From assembly GCF_009914755.1 (NCBI RefSeq), contig NC_060925.1: a stretch of 64,000 nt of DNA. One strand, 5' to 3'. The stretch is from the human T2T-CHM13v2.0 reference genome, Homo sapiens. Position numbers and translations under genes: made by a program. Positions within the stretch are counted from its first letter, which is position 1. Each line of letters begins with the position of its first letter. Under the pieces are notes generated by a model, which saw only the letters and a program-made list of their open reading frames with translations, searched no databases and was not told the DNA's origin. Positions 13,300-32,558 of the stretch are shown here, piece after piece.

Positions 13300-13912
13300 T
13301 CCACATTTGCCTTCCAACTGTCAGTTCTCCATTACAGAAAGTGTGATCTTATAAAACTCTGACCACATCATTCTGCTGCTCAAACCCCTTTAACGGCTTC
13401 TATTGATCTTAGTATAAAGACCAACATCATTGGTATAATTCACAAAAACCTGCATAGTCTGGCTACCTCTCCAACTCTATACATGCATTTGCTTTGTACA
13501 TCCTGGTCATGTTGGCCTTTTTAATGTTTCTAAAGCACTAAACTTTCCCCTCTCACAGCCTTTCTATTCCCTTCTGCCTAGAATACCTTCCTCTACACAC
13601 AACCCCCAGGTTTTGTCTATTTAACTCCCACTTGTCTTTCAGATCTCAACTCAAACTGTCCCCAAATAGGTCAGGTTCTCTTGTTGACAAGATCACAAAA
13701 CCCTATTTTCATATACTTACACTGGCTTGTAATTATATGTTTGTGACTGTGACTCATGTATCTCAATCTCACCCAGTTTACTGAATGGTAAGCTCCGTGA
13801 AGACAAAAAACACGTCTGTTGTTTTTACCATTATATGTCCAGAAACTCACTAACCACCCGACACTTAGTATTGGGTAATAAATATTACTTGGTAATAAAT
13901 ATTTATTAAATG
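13300..13912 (+). mobile_element. L2 fragment
   Basis: L2-like motifs (CTGACCACATCATTCTGCTGCTCAAACCC..., GTAAGCTCCGTGAAGAC...). Confidence 0.55.
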
Positions 13913-14231
13913 ACCTGATCCACAGGACATTGTCCTCATCACTACAACCAGATAAATATCCTTATTCTTTTTTTTTTTTTTTCGTCAGTAGAGGTTTTAC
14001 TACTTGACTCAAGTAAGGAGGCCATGGGGAGTATTCTCCAAAGCAGTGTCTCTCTGAGGCAAAGTGACAGGAGGGTTTTCTGAGGCCATGGAGAGGGGAG
14101 AGGGTGCGTCACCACATGTAGAGGAGGGAGTTTCAGTGGCACACATGCACTGAGCCGTTCTGCCAGTATAAGGTCTCATGAGATGGTCATGAGCTATAGC
14201 TCCTCCCTGAGTGGAGATTTTAGCATCGTCA

Positions 14232-14704
14232 TGTCAGGGGCCTTTGAACAAGCACAACTCCCATCTTGAAGGGGGGCTGGGTAAAATGAGGCTGAGACCC
14301 ACTGGGCTGAATTTCCAGGAGGTTAGGTATTTTAAGTCATAGGAGGTCCGCACAGATACAAGTCATAGAGACCTTGCTGATAAAACAGGTTGTGGTTAAA
14401 GAAGGCGGCCGAATCCCACCAAAACCAAGATGGTTTTGACAAGTGACATCTGGTTGATGCGAGTAACATCTGGTTGTCCTCACTGCTGATTATACACTAA
14501 TTATAATACATTAGCATGCTAAAGGACACTCCCAGGACCACCATGACACTTTACAGATGCCATGGCAATGTCAGGAAGTTACCCTATATGGTCTAAAAAG
14601 GAGAGGAACCCTCAGTTCTGGGAATTCCTCCCCCTTCCTTGGAAAACTCATGAGTAATCCTCCCCTTGTTTACCATATAATCAAGAAATAACTATAAGTA
14701 TCCA
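14232..14704 (+). mobile_element. MER41 LTR fragment (3' truncated) inside the retrocopy 3'UTR
   Basis: TGTCAGGGGCCTTTGAAC...CCATCTTGAA...GGCTGGGTAAAATGAGGCTGAGACC matches the MER41A/B 5' end. GAS motif TTCTGGGAA at 14616-14624. Confidence 0.82.
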
Positions 14705-15394
<690 letters not shown>

Positions 15395-15811
15395 TCAAGT
15401 TGATTGGATTCCTGTAATCCCGGGAGACTCTACCTGTCTGCCTACAGAGATTTGAACTCGCTTAGATAAGCAGCTGGCTGCACCCACAGTTCACAAGGAA
15501 AACTCACATTCAGAAGGCAAAACACATTCCCAAGCTTGGGCTGAAATGGAGCCCCAGAGCAGATCCAGCCCCATTGCCAAGGCAGGGACGTGTAAGAATT
15601 TAACTCTGGGAAGTTAACATGCCCACCTCTCCCTCACAGTGTGGAAATACCCCCTCCTTCAAGACTTCAAGACTTTCATTTTCATCTGAAAGGGTCTCTC
15701 ACCCACAGAGTCAACTTAAGGTTCTGACATATGAACACTGTCAAATTCATAAACCTTTCTCCAGGAGGCAATCCAAACAAGTCTTTGTCTAAGCACAAAC
15801 TTCACAGACTT

Positions 15812-16122
15812 TATATATATATATTTTTTTAGAAACGGGGTCCTGCTCTGTCACCCAGGCTGGAGTGCAGTGGCAGGATCATAGTTCACTATAGTCTTGA
15901 ATTCCTAGGCCCAAGCGATCCCCTGGCCCCAGCTTCCTGAGCAGCTGGGACCACAGGCACCCACCACCACACCACACCTGGCTAATTTGTTTGCATTCCT
16001 TCAGAGACAAGGGGTCTTGCCATGTTGCCCAGGCTGGGCTCAAACTCCCGGGCTCAAGTGATCCTCCCACCTCAGCTTCCCAAAGTGCTGGGATTACAGG
16101 TGTGAGCCACCACACCCAAGCC
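15812..16122 (-). mobile_element. AluJ-like element
   Basis: Antisense Alu with flanking CACAGA(C/T)TTT repeats. Confidence 0.93.
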
Positions 16123-16209
16123 ACAGATTTTCTTAAGGGATATGAAGACTGTTCTTCACGGTGCTGCATGTTATATATTCTGTAAAAAGACATGTAAAAC
16201 ACGTATCTA

Positions 16210-16514
16210 GTCCGGGCATGATGGCTCATGCCTGCAATCCCAGCATCTCTGGAAGCAGAGGCGCGCAGACCACATGAGGCCAGGAGTCTGAGACCAGCCC
16301 AACCAACATGGTGAAACCCCATCTCTACTAAAAATACAAAAATTAGCTGGGCATGGTGGTGCACACCTGTAATCTCAGCCACTTGGGAGGCCGAGGAAGG
16401 AGAATCACCTGAACTCAGGAGGCAGAAGTTTCAGTGAGCCAAGTTCATGCCACTGCACTCCAGCCTGGGGGACAAAGCGAGATTCCATCTCAAAAATAAT
16501 AATAATAATAAATA
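16210..16514 (+). mobile_element. Alu (S-type), inverted partner of 15812-16122
   Basis: Dimeric Alu with an (AAT)n tail. Confidence 0.93.
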
Positions 16515-16625
16515 GAGTAATTGTTAAAATTGAAAACGTTCCTGTATTTTCCAGACTACTAACATTTCCATCCAGTGTGCATTCTTCAATTTACATCGTC
16601 CATCTCCACAATACCCAGCCTTCTT

Positions 16626-16706
16626 ATGTTGCCCAGGCTGGTCTCAAACTCCTGGGCTCAGGTGATCCCCCTGCCTCAGCCTCCAAAAGCACTGTCTGCG
16701 CCTGGC
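16626..16706 (-). mobile_element. Alu fragment supplying the end of the ZNF101-type CDS
   Basis: Minus strand AGCCAGGCGCAG..CAGTGCTTTTGGAGGCTGAGGCAGGGGGATCACCTGAGCCCAGGAGTTTGA. Confidence 0.8.
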
Positions 16707-16731
16707 TAAATGAGTTTTTTTCATGTTGTCA

Positions 16732-16872
<141 letters not shown>

Positions 16873-17662
16873 TCAACTATGAGTTTTTTCATGTCTTCGA
16901 AAACAACTGGGATAATTGAAGGTTTTACCACGTTTATTACATTCATAAGGTCTCTCTCCAGCATGAGCTCTTTCATGTGCTTGAAGGGACATGGGACATC
17001 TAAGACTTGGTCACATTTTTGACGTTCATAGAGTTTTCCTCCACTATGGGTCCTTTCATGTCTGCGAAGGGAACTGGAACGACTGAGTTTCTTCCCACAT
17101 TCCTGACATTGGTGGGATTTCTCCAGCGTGAGTTCTGATTTCATGTGTCTGAACGTAAGTTGTACCACATTCTTTACATTTGTGAGGTTTTTCTCCAGGA
17201 TGACATGAATTTGAAATAAAGTGGGATAATCAAAAGGTTCTCCACAGTATTTACATTCATAGCGGTTTTCTCCAGTGTGCATTTTTCCATGTTTTCGAAA
17301 GTAACTGGAAATAGTAAAGGCTCTCATGATTTTCCTACATTTATAGGCCGTCTCTCCAGTGCGAGTTCTTTCATGAATTTGAAATAAATTGGGAGAATTA
17401 AGGGCTTTCCCGCACACCCTGCATTCATAAGGTTTCTTTTGAGTTGGTGTTACTGTGCGCCTTGGACCACTATTGGGGGAAATGGAGGCTTTCCCACATT
17501 GTTTCTGTTTACAGGGCTTCTCTCCCCATTCCCCATCACACTGGTAGCGTTTCTGTCTGGCGTGAGCTCTCATGTCCCTGTCCAGGAATGAATGACAGAG
17601 GAAGACTTTCCCACACACGCTGCATTTGCATGGTTTTACCCCAGTATGACTTTTCTTCTTCA

Positions 17663-18166
<504 letters not shown>

Positions 18167-19096
18167 TTAACATACCAAAAGAAAAATAAGTATATCACAG
18201 GTACTTCATTAAAAAAGAAATATAAGTGGCCACTAAACACACAAAAGATTAACTCCACTAGTAATCAAGGAACATAAAAACACAAAGAACACTACTACTG
18301 TAGAGATAACAACTACAAGTTATTTTTCTATTTTTCTTGAAATTCGTATTTCTGAAAAATAATTGTTAACCAGTAGTAAAGCTTGAAAATTTTTACACTG
18401 TAGAAATGAACAGAGAAGAAATTTCAGTGTCTAGTAATGCTGGCCCAGTAGCCGACTAAATCTCCTGCTTAAAACAACTTTTTAAAAATAAGATGAAATA
18501 AAGAACAAGGTACAAATAAGATAGTATGGAATTACCAGGCCACAGAGAAGAGAAAAGAACAACCAAGAGAATCAAGGGAATATGAAAGATGTGTTTGCAT
18601 CTACCAAACTCTGAAATTTTAAACTTTCATTTTTACAACCTCTCAGGTCAAAAGGAATAGAAATCAAAGCTCTGTCTCTCACAAAATAACAGTCTGTTTG
18701 GAGACCCTCACTACAAAGAAAAAAAAAAAAACACTGGGACTCCAAAAGACTACATATTTAGGATTAGGGACAACAATACTTAAACCAGCCTTTCAACCAT
18801 AGTCTTGTTGTCCAGGTTTTCATCACTTGTGTCAGCCAGGAAACCTCAGGTCTTCAACATAGATTAAGGGTATCCCAAACTTGCTGAGACTTCAGCTCCC
18901 TGGTATAAGGAACGTAAGTCTTCTTTGGAGGAAGGTACCTTTATCTTAGCCTCAAAATATTCCTACAAACAATTTCTCAAGACCATTAGATAAGAAGGTG
19001 CACATGCATACACACACACACGCACACGCTTGCACACACACACAAAGACAACTTGAGAAAACCACAAAAATAAAAAACAGATCCTTTAAGACTTTA

Positions 19097-19473
<377 letters not shown>

Positions 19474-20599
19474 TAGTATGAAAAAGGCAAAATGAAGGCC
19501 AATATTACTCATGATCCAGTAGCAAAAATCCTAAAAAGAATTTGAGCAAATAAAATCTAACAATATAGAAAAATGCCTACTATAGCAGGAACAAATTAGG
19601 TTTATCCAAATAATGTGAAGTGAGTTTAACATTGGAATTGTCTGTGTTGAGATCAGAAATACTCAGGCATTTAATGGATAAGACTTCCTCTAGACAAACT
19701 TCAATATAACTATGACTGTATTATATCTTCACTTCTATAGTTGACCTTTCCTTTTTGAAAGCTCCTTCTTGAATTAGATATGTCATAAAATATTAATATC
19801 TTCAAATATGTTATAGCATAGATTGCAAAGTTGAGACTTTGGATCAAATTCAACTCACAGATTGTTTACTTTGGCCTTCAGTGTTTTAAAGAAATTGAAC
19901 ACAACATTTACAAATTGGAAAACTTCAATGAATCTAGATTTTTGGCTTCTCTCAAAAAACGAGACTATCTGACAAAACTGGGCTTTTCTTTTCACCTGGC
20001 AACAATCAACTACACCTGAGGAATGGCTGCCCCATCTAGCTAGAGTGTGTGTTCTCCTGTTTGCCATAGTCCCTGCCACTCCAGCCACGTGTCACTTGCC
20101 ATTAACCTGTGTGTGTTCTTCCATCCCCCAATAGTAAACTCGAAAGAAAAACAAATCTTTATTGTTCTATCTCTCAGATGAGGGAAAACAGAAAATTGGA
20201 CAAAGAGGTACCAACCTGTCAAGAAAAATGGGAAAAGTACACATATTTGTGAGAGAATATTACTTCCTATTTAGTTTGCTACTACCTGGTCACCTTTACC
20301 CCTTTATATTACCTGCTTGACCCTGTATGTAGAAGTTTGTAACTTCTAAGTTATAGTCACTTTCAAATTGCCTAGGAGTGGCCTACCTCTTTTTAGTGAT
20401 TTTCTGTATTTATGCTGTATGTGTTAGGTGTTAACCTTTCAATTTAATTTTCAGAATGTAGTCTCATTTCCTTAATTCCCAAGTTCCAGGAAGCACTTTA
20501 CTAGCCCCCAAACGCTGATAAAACTTCAAAGTAGCAGGGGGGTCTTTCCAAGACAGTGGATTGGAAGTTTTGTTAGCACATTTCACTTTCTTAGAAAGA

Positions 20600-25510
<4,911 letters not shown>

Positions 25511-25621
25511 TTGAACCTAAACTGAAATCCAGTTAATACCTTTGTTCTTTTTTTCTTCCCTTATCTTTTCCCCAGAAATAAGCTGTTACTGAATCTGAAA
25601 AAAAAAAAAAACATAAACAGA

Positions 25622-25909
25622 ATTTTTTTTTTGAGGCGGAGTCTCGCTCTGCCGCCAGGCTGGAGTGAAGTGGCACAATATCGGCTCCGCAACCTCCGCC
25701 TCTCGGGCACAAGCGATTCTCTTGCCTCAGCCTCCTGAGTAGCTGGGACTACAGGTACATGCCACCACACCCAGCTAATTTTTATATTTTTAGTAGAGAC
25801 AGAGTTTCACCATGTTGGCCAGGATGGTCTCCATCTCTTGACCTCATGATCTGCCCGCCTCGGCCTCCCAAAGTGCTGGGATTACAGGTGTGAGACACCG
25901 TGCCGGGCC
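25622..25909 (-). mobile_element. AluS
   Basis: Antisense Alu with TSD AT(A/G)AACAGAA. Confidence 0.95.
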
Positions 25910-26002
25910 ATGAACAGAAATTTTTATATTGTGTTCACAACATCTAATAGTAAGTTGGAGTCTCAAGTGGAAGTTGATCTTCATAAACTTATGTTCAAAC
26001 TA

Positions 26003-29000
26003 CAGGCATACCTCAGAGATATCACAAGTTCAGTTGCAGACTACCACAGTAAAGCAAATATCAGAATAAGGGGAATCACATAAATTTTTTTGGCTTTCCA
26101 GAGCATACAAAAGTTATGTTTACACTATACTGCAGTCTATTAAGTGTGCAATAGAATTATATCTAAAAAATTCACATACCTTAATTAACAAACACTTTAT
26201 TGCTTAAAAAAGCGTTAGCAATCATCTGAGCCTTCAGTGAGTCAGAATCTTTTTGCTGGTGGAAGGTTTTGCATGGATGTTGATGGCTGCTGACTAATCA
26301 GTGTGAAGATCGATGAAGGTAGTAGTGGTCTGGTAATTTCTTAAAATAAGACAACAGTTAAGTTTGTCACATCAATTGACTCTTCCTTTCACAAAAGATT
26401 TCTCTGTAGCATGCAATGCTGTTTGCTAGTATTTTATCCACAGTAGAACTTCTTTCAAAACTGTAGTCCTCCTAAACCCTACTTCTACTTTATCAACTAA
26501 GTTTATGTAATATTCTAAATAATTTCTTGTCATTTCAACAATGTTCACAGCCTCTTTACCAGGAATAGATTCTATCTCAATAAACTGCTTTCTCTGCTCA
26601 TCCATAAGATGCAACTCCTCATCCATTCAAGTTTTATCATAAGTGTGCAGTAAGTCACTCACATCTTCAGGATCCACTTTTAATTCTAGCTTTCTTGCTA
26701 TTTCTTCCACATCTGCAGTTACTTCCAACTCAGAAGTCTTGAATCCTTCAATGTTATCCATGAGGGTTGGAATCAACTTCTTCCACACTCCTGTTAATGT
26801 TGACATTTTGGCCTTCTCCAATGAATCATGGATGTTCTTAATGGCAAATATAATGGTAAATCCTTCCCTTGAGGATTTTGATTTAATTTGCCCAGGTCCA
26901 TCAAAGAAATCTCTTTCTATGGCAGCTATAACTTTATAAAATTTATTTCTTAAATTGTAAGACTTGAAAGTTGAAATTATTCCTTCATCCATTGGCTACA
27001 GAATTAGCTGTGTTAGTAGGCATGAAAAAAAATTAATATCCTCATACATCTCCATGAGAACTCTTGGGTGACCAAGTGCATTGTCAATGAGCAGGAATAT
27101 TTTGAAAGGAATTTTTCTTTTTTCTGAGCAGTAGCCCAAAAGTGGGCTTAAGATATTCAATAAACCATGCTGTAGACAAATGTGTTCTGTTTTCTTCCAT
27201 TTCTAGAGCACAGGCATATTAGATGTAACATAATTCTTAAGAACCCTAGGATTTTTCAGAATGGTAAATGAGCATTGGCTTCAACTTACAGTCACCAGTT
27301 GCATTCACCCTTAACAAGAAAAATAGTCTGTCCTTTGAAGCTTTGAAGCCAGGCATTGACTTCTCCTCTCTAGCTATGAAAGTCCTAGATGGCATCTTTT
27401 TCCAATATAAGGCTGTTTTCTGAATTCTGCCAGAGGTACAAAGAAGAAATAGTACTATTCTTACTGAAACTATTCCAAATAATTGAAAAGGAGGGACTCC
27501 TCCCTGACTCATTCTATGAGGCCAGCATCATCCTGAAACCAAAACCTGGCAGAGATACGAAAAAAAAAAAGAAAACTCCAAGCCAATACCCTTGATGAAT
27601 ATTGATGCAAAAATCCTCAATAAAATATTGACAAACCAAATCCAGCAGCACATCAAAAAGCTTATCCACTGCTATCTAGCAGGCTTTATCCCTAGGATGC
27701 AAGGTTGGTTCAACATACCAAATCAAATAAGTGTGATTCATCACATAAACAGAACTAAAGACAAAAACCATGTGATTATCTCAATAGATGCATAAAAGGC
27801 TTTCATTAAAATTCAACACCCCTTCATGTTAACTCTCAATAAACTAGATATTGAAGGAACATATCTAAAATAGTAAGCTATCTATAACAAACCCACAGCT
27901 AACATTGTATTAAATGGGCAAAAGCCAGAAATATTCCCCTTGAAAACCAATACAAGACAAGCACTCCCTCTTCACCATTTCTACTCAACATAGTATTGGA
28001 AGTCCTAGCCAGAGCAATCAGGCAAGAGAAAGAAAGAAAGCACATCAAAACAGGACGAGGAAGTCAAAACTATTTCTGTTTGTAGGTGACATGATTCTAT
28101 ATCTTGAAAACCCCATAGTCTCAGCCCAAAAATTCCTTCAGCTGACAAACAACTTGAGCAAAGTTTCAGGATACAAATCAATGTACAAAAATCACTAGCA
28201 TTCCTATACACCAACAACAGGCAAACCAAGATCCAAATCAGAAAAGCAATAACATTCACAAGTGCCACAAGAAGAAGAAAATACCTAGGAATACAGCTAA
28301 CTATGAAGGTGAAAGATCTGGCTAGCCACATGCAGAAAATTAAAGCTGGACCCCTTCCTTACACCATATACAAAATTCAACTCAAGATGGATTGAAGACT
28401 TAAATGAAAGAACCCAAAACTCTAGAAAACCCTAGAAGACAACCTAGGCAATACCAACTGGACATAGGAACTGGCAAAGACTTCATGACAATGATGCCAA
28501 AAGCAATCACAACTAAAGCAAAAATTCACAAATGGGATCTAATTAAACAAGAGCTTCTGCACAGCAAAAGAAACTATCAACAGAGTAGACAGACAACCTA
28601 CAGAATGGGAGAAAATATTTTCAAACTATGCATCAGACAAAAGTCTAATATCCAGCATCTATAAGGAACTTAAACAAACTTACAAGAGAAAAACAGACAA
28701 TCCCATTAAAAAGTGGGTAAAGGGCATGAACGGACACTTCTCAAAAGAAGAGATACGTGAGGCTAACAAAAGTATGAAACAAAGCTCAATATCATTGATC
28801 ATTAGAGAAATGCAAATCAAAATCACAATGACATACCATCTCATGCTAGTCAGAATGGCTATTATTAAATAGTCAAAAAGTAACAGATGCTGGTGAGGTT
28901 GCAGCAAAAGGGGAACACTTAAACACTGTTGGTGAGAGTGTAAATTAGTTCAACCATTGTGGAAAGCATTTGCTCAAAGAGCTAAAAGCAGAACTACCAT

Positions 29001-30200
29001 TCGACCCAGCAATACCCAGCAAAATATAAATAATTCTATCATAAAGACACGTGCACATGAATGGATCACTACAGTGCTATTCACAATAGTAAAGATACAG
29101 AACTGGCCTAAATGCCCATCGATGACTGATTGGATAGAGAAAATGTGGTACGTCTATACCATGGAATACTATGTAGCCATAAAAAAGAATGAGATCATGT
29201 CTTTTGCAGGAACATGTATGAAGCTGGAGGCTACTATCCTTTGCAAACTAATGCAGAAACAGAAAACCAAATACCGCATGTTCTCACTTACAAGTGGGAG
29301 CTAAATGGTAAGAACTTATGAACACAAAGGAGGAAACAACAAACACAGGGGTCTGCTTGAGGGTAAAGGGTGGGAGGATGAAAGCAGAGCAGAAGATATA
29401 ACTATTGGGTACTGGGCTAAACCCTGGATGATGAAATAATCTGTAAAACAAGTCCCTGAGACACGAGTTTACCTGTGTAACCAACTTTCACATGCACCCC
29501 TGAAGCTAAACTGAAAGTTAAAAAAAAAAAAAAAAAAAAAAAAGAATGCCGTAGCCGGTTTGATCTTCTATCCAGACCACTCACATTTTCTCCATATCAG
29601 TAATAGGACTGTTTCATTTTCTTATCATTCATGTGTCCATTGGAGTAGCACTTTTAATTTCTTTCAAGATCTTTTCCTTTGCATTCAGAACTTGGCTGTT
29701 TGGCACAAGAGGCCTAGCTTTCAGCCTATCTTGGCTTTTGACATGCCTTCGTTACTAAACTTAATCATTTCTGCTTTTGGTTTAAAGTGTACAATGTACA
29801 ATGGTTATTAATTAGCCTAATTTCAATATTGTTGTGTCTCAGGGAATAGAGAGACCCAAGAAGAGGGAGAGAGACGTGTCAGTGGAGCAGTCAAAATACA
29901 CACAACAGTAAAGTTTGCTGTCTTACATGGGCATGGTTCATGGCACCCCAAAACAATTACAATAGTAACATCAAAGATCACTGATTACTGATCTCCATAA
30001 CAGATATAGTTGGCAAAAAGTTTGAAATAGTACAAGAATTACCAAAATGTGATATATGGACATGAAGTGAGCACATGCTATTGGGAAAATGGCACCTGTA
30101 GACTTGCCTATTGAAGGGTTGCCACAAATCTTCAGTTTGTGAACAACACAGTATCTATGAAGTACAATAAAGTGAAGCACAGTAAAACAAGGTATGCTCA
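26003..30200 (-). mobile_element. Tigger1 (pogo/Tc1-mariner) DNA transposon, split by an L1PA
   Basis: TA|CAGGCATACCTC at the left end and AGGTATGCTCA|TA at the right end. Transposase peptides [30 protein letters not shown] and MDEGIISTFKSY on the minus strand. Confidence 0.92.
27420..29543 (+). mobile_element. 5'-truncated, internally deleted L1PA inside Tigger1
   Basis: RT-region peptides ([27 protein letters not shown]), an internal jump near 28320, L1 3'UTR and an A tail ending at 29543. Confidence 0.9.
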
Positions 30201-31038
30201 TAGATGAACATTATTACAGCATACGGGGACAAACTAGTCCTATTTTAGACTGTTTTGTCTAATACACTGGTAACAGTTACTAATACCTATTGTGTAGGGA
30301 AGTTATTCCCAGGGCACGTTATAATCCCCAGGTTAAAACCCAGCCCAAGGCTGTAGAATAGTTGAGAAAACATGATACAGAGCAAGATATGTCTTTTCAC
30401 CCATGTAACCCAAATACATAGCATTGAGCATGACTCAGAGTAGATAATGTATACTTTTTGATTGAATGAATTAATGAATGAACAAGCAGATGTTCAGCCT
30501 ATCTTCAATCTTGCCTCATCTATTATAATAAAAGGATTCATGTGGTATTTCTAATAGTTCTTCTCTCCTGATATTTACTGATGCTAAAATATGTAATTCG
30601 AAACTTTTAAAATGGTAATCCTATCACTAGGCTCCAGAATTGTCTACATTTATTTAAAGACATATCTAGAAAAGAGTTGATTTTCCTTTCTGTGAATACA
30701 TTTGGAAAGAAGCTATAAAGATTGTGTGTACAGATGACTAGATACCAAGATGCAGATGCTCCATCAGAATAAGTATTGTTTACACTAGCTTATACTCTAT
30801 ATCATCTTGGAAGTTAGAATTAGCAAAAAGGATCACATCAAGACAATAGTATAAGTTACATTTATGAGCTTATGAAGTTGTTATTGGAGGGAAAATAGAT
30901 TCCCAAAGTGTTGTCAAAATAGCTAAGGAAATATGACAAAACTTTTCCTAAACTTCAAATGTGTTCTTTAAAAAAGCTTTATAAGTCTGATTTCTTATGT
31001 TTGGATTCAACCATAACAGAAAAAGAGAGGTCTAGAAA

Positions 31039-31044
<6 letters not shown>

Positions 31045-31097
<53 letters not shown>
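31045..31097. repeat. (AG)n microsatellite
   Basis: Read directly from the sequence. Confidence 0.97.
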
Positions 31098-31100
<3 letters not shown>

Positions 31101-31910
31101 TCTAATACAATGAAGTTTTAATAGAGCAATATTTGTTTTAAGGTTTAGTTGTATAAACAGATGTGAAAGCCACCTGTTTGCTCTATAAGTGCTATTTGAA
31201 AATTACAACAAAGGAAAGGACAAAGTGCATTTCAGCAGATAACAGGATATAAGCAAAGATCACACAATAGTTAATAGACTAGCAGGACTAGAATCCCAGG
31301 TCCCCTAAGTCCAAATCCAGTAGTCTGTTCTCCAACTTACTACAACATAGGGTTACAATTTTAGAATAAAAGAATATGCACAAAGTCCACTGTCTTATCT
31401 GTGAAGTTGTGTTTACCAACCTCAATAAAATTGGCAAGAAAGTACAGTTCTTAGAATGGCCATAGAGGCTAGAGTGAGCAAGTTACTCATGGAAGATGTA
31501 ATGAGGCTACTTAAGTTGGCACACCATTGTTTTTTATTACAAACATTAATTCAAGTAAATTTCTGCCTGAAATCTGAAGAGTAACTGCATCACCCAAGGT
31601 GTTCACTGTATAAGCAATGCAGCCACTCCAATAACTATCCTGTATGCCCTAAGAGAAAAACTTTTCACGTTGTACCAAGTGTGCAGAGCATTCTAAACAA
31701 GTAAGTTAGATATAGGCTATTTCAGGCATAAGATATTAGGAAAGGTCATATTGGCATTATTAGAATAGAAATACTGATTCCTCATACACTGATATTACAT
31801 AGATTATAGGAAATAGTCCCCTCATCTAGAGACAGTCTGAAAAATTAGATTAAGCAGTCTCTCCAGATGTCACTAAAAGGCCAGATTAGAAAAAAATTAA
31901 AATCAAATAA

Positions 31911-32203
31911 TTTTTTTTTTTTTTTGAGACAGAGTCTCACTCTGTTGCACAGGCTGGAGTGCAGTGGTGCAATCTCGGGTCACTGCAACCTCTGCCTCCT
32001 GGGTTCAAGCAGTTCTCTGCCTCAGCCTCCCGAGTAGCTGGACTACAGGCACATGCCACCACACCTGGCTAATTTTTGTATTTTTAGTAGAGGCGGGGTT
32101 TCACCATCTTGGCCAGGCTGGTCTTGAACTCCTGACCTAGTGATCCACCCGCCTCGGCCTCCCAAAGTGCTGGGATTACAGACGTGAATGACCACGCCTG
32201 GCC
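31911..32203 (-). mobile_element. AluS
   Basis: Antisense Alu with TSD AAATCAAATAA. Confidence 0.95.
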
Positions 32204-32377
32204 AAATCAAATAAATTTAAACTTAAATTATAACACATTTGAAAACACTTGTTGACACAAGAAAGGAAGCAGGGAAATGTCAACCAGAAAAGTGATAATT
32301 ATGAAGTTTAAAATTTTGTCATTGTGTCTCTAGCAGTAGAAGCATGCAGTAACAATTTGATCAAGGAGGTGTGTATT

Positions 32378-32558
32378 GTGGCCAGCTTGATCCTCTATCC
32401 AGGCCACTCACATTTTCTCCATATCAGTAATAGGACTGTTTCATTTTCTTATCATTCATGTGTCCACTGGAGTAGCACTTTTAATTTCTTTCAAGATATT
32501 TTCCTTTACATTCAAAATTTGGCTGTTTGGCACAAGCGGCCTAGCTTTCAACCTATCT
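32378..32558 (-). repeat. Local 181-bp duplicate of the Tigger1 segment 29551-29731
   Basis: Ungapped alignment with about 12 mismatches in 181 bp. Confidence 0.88.
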
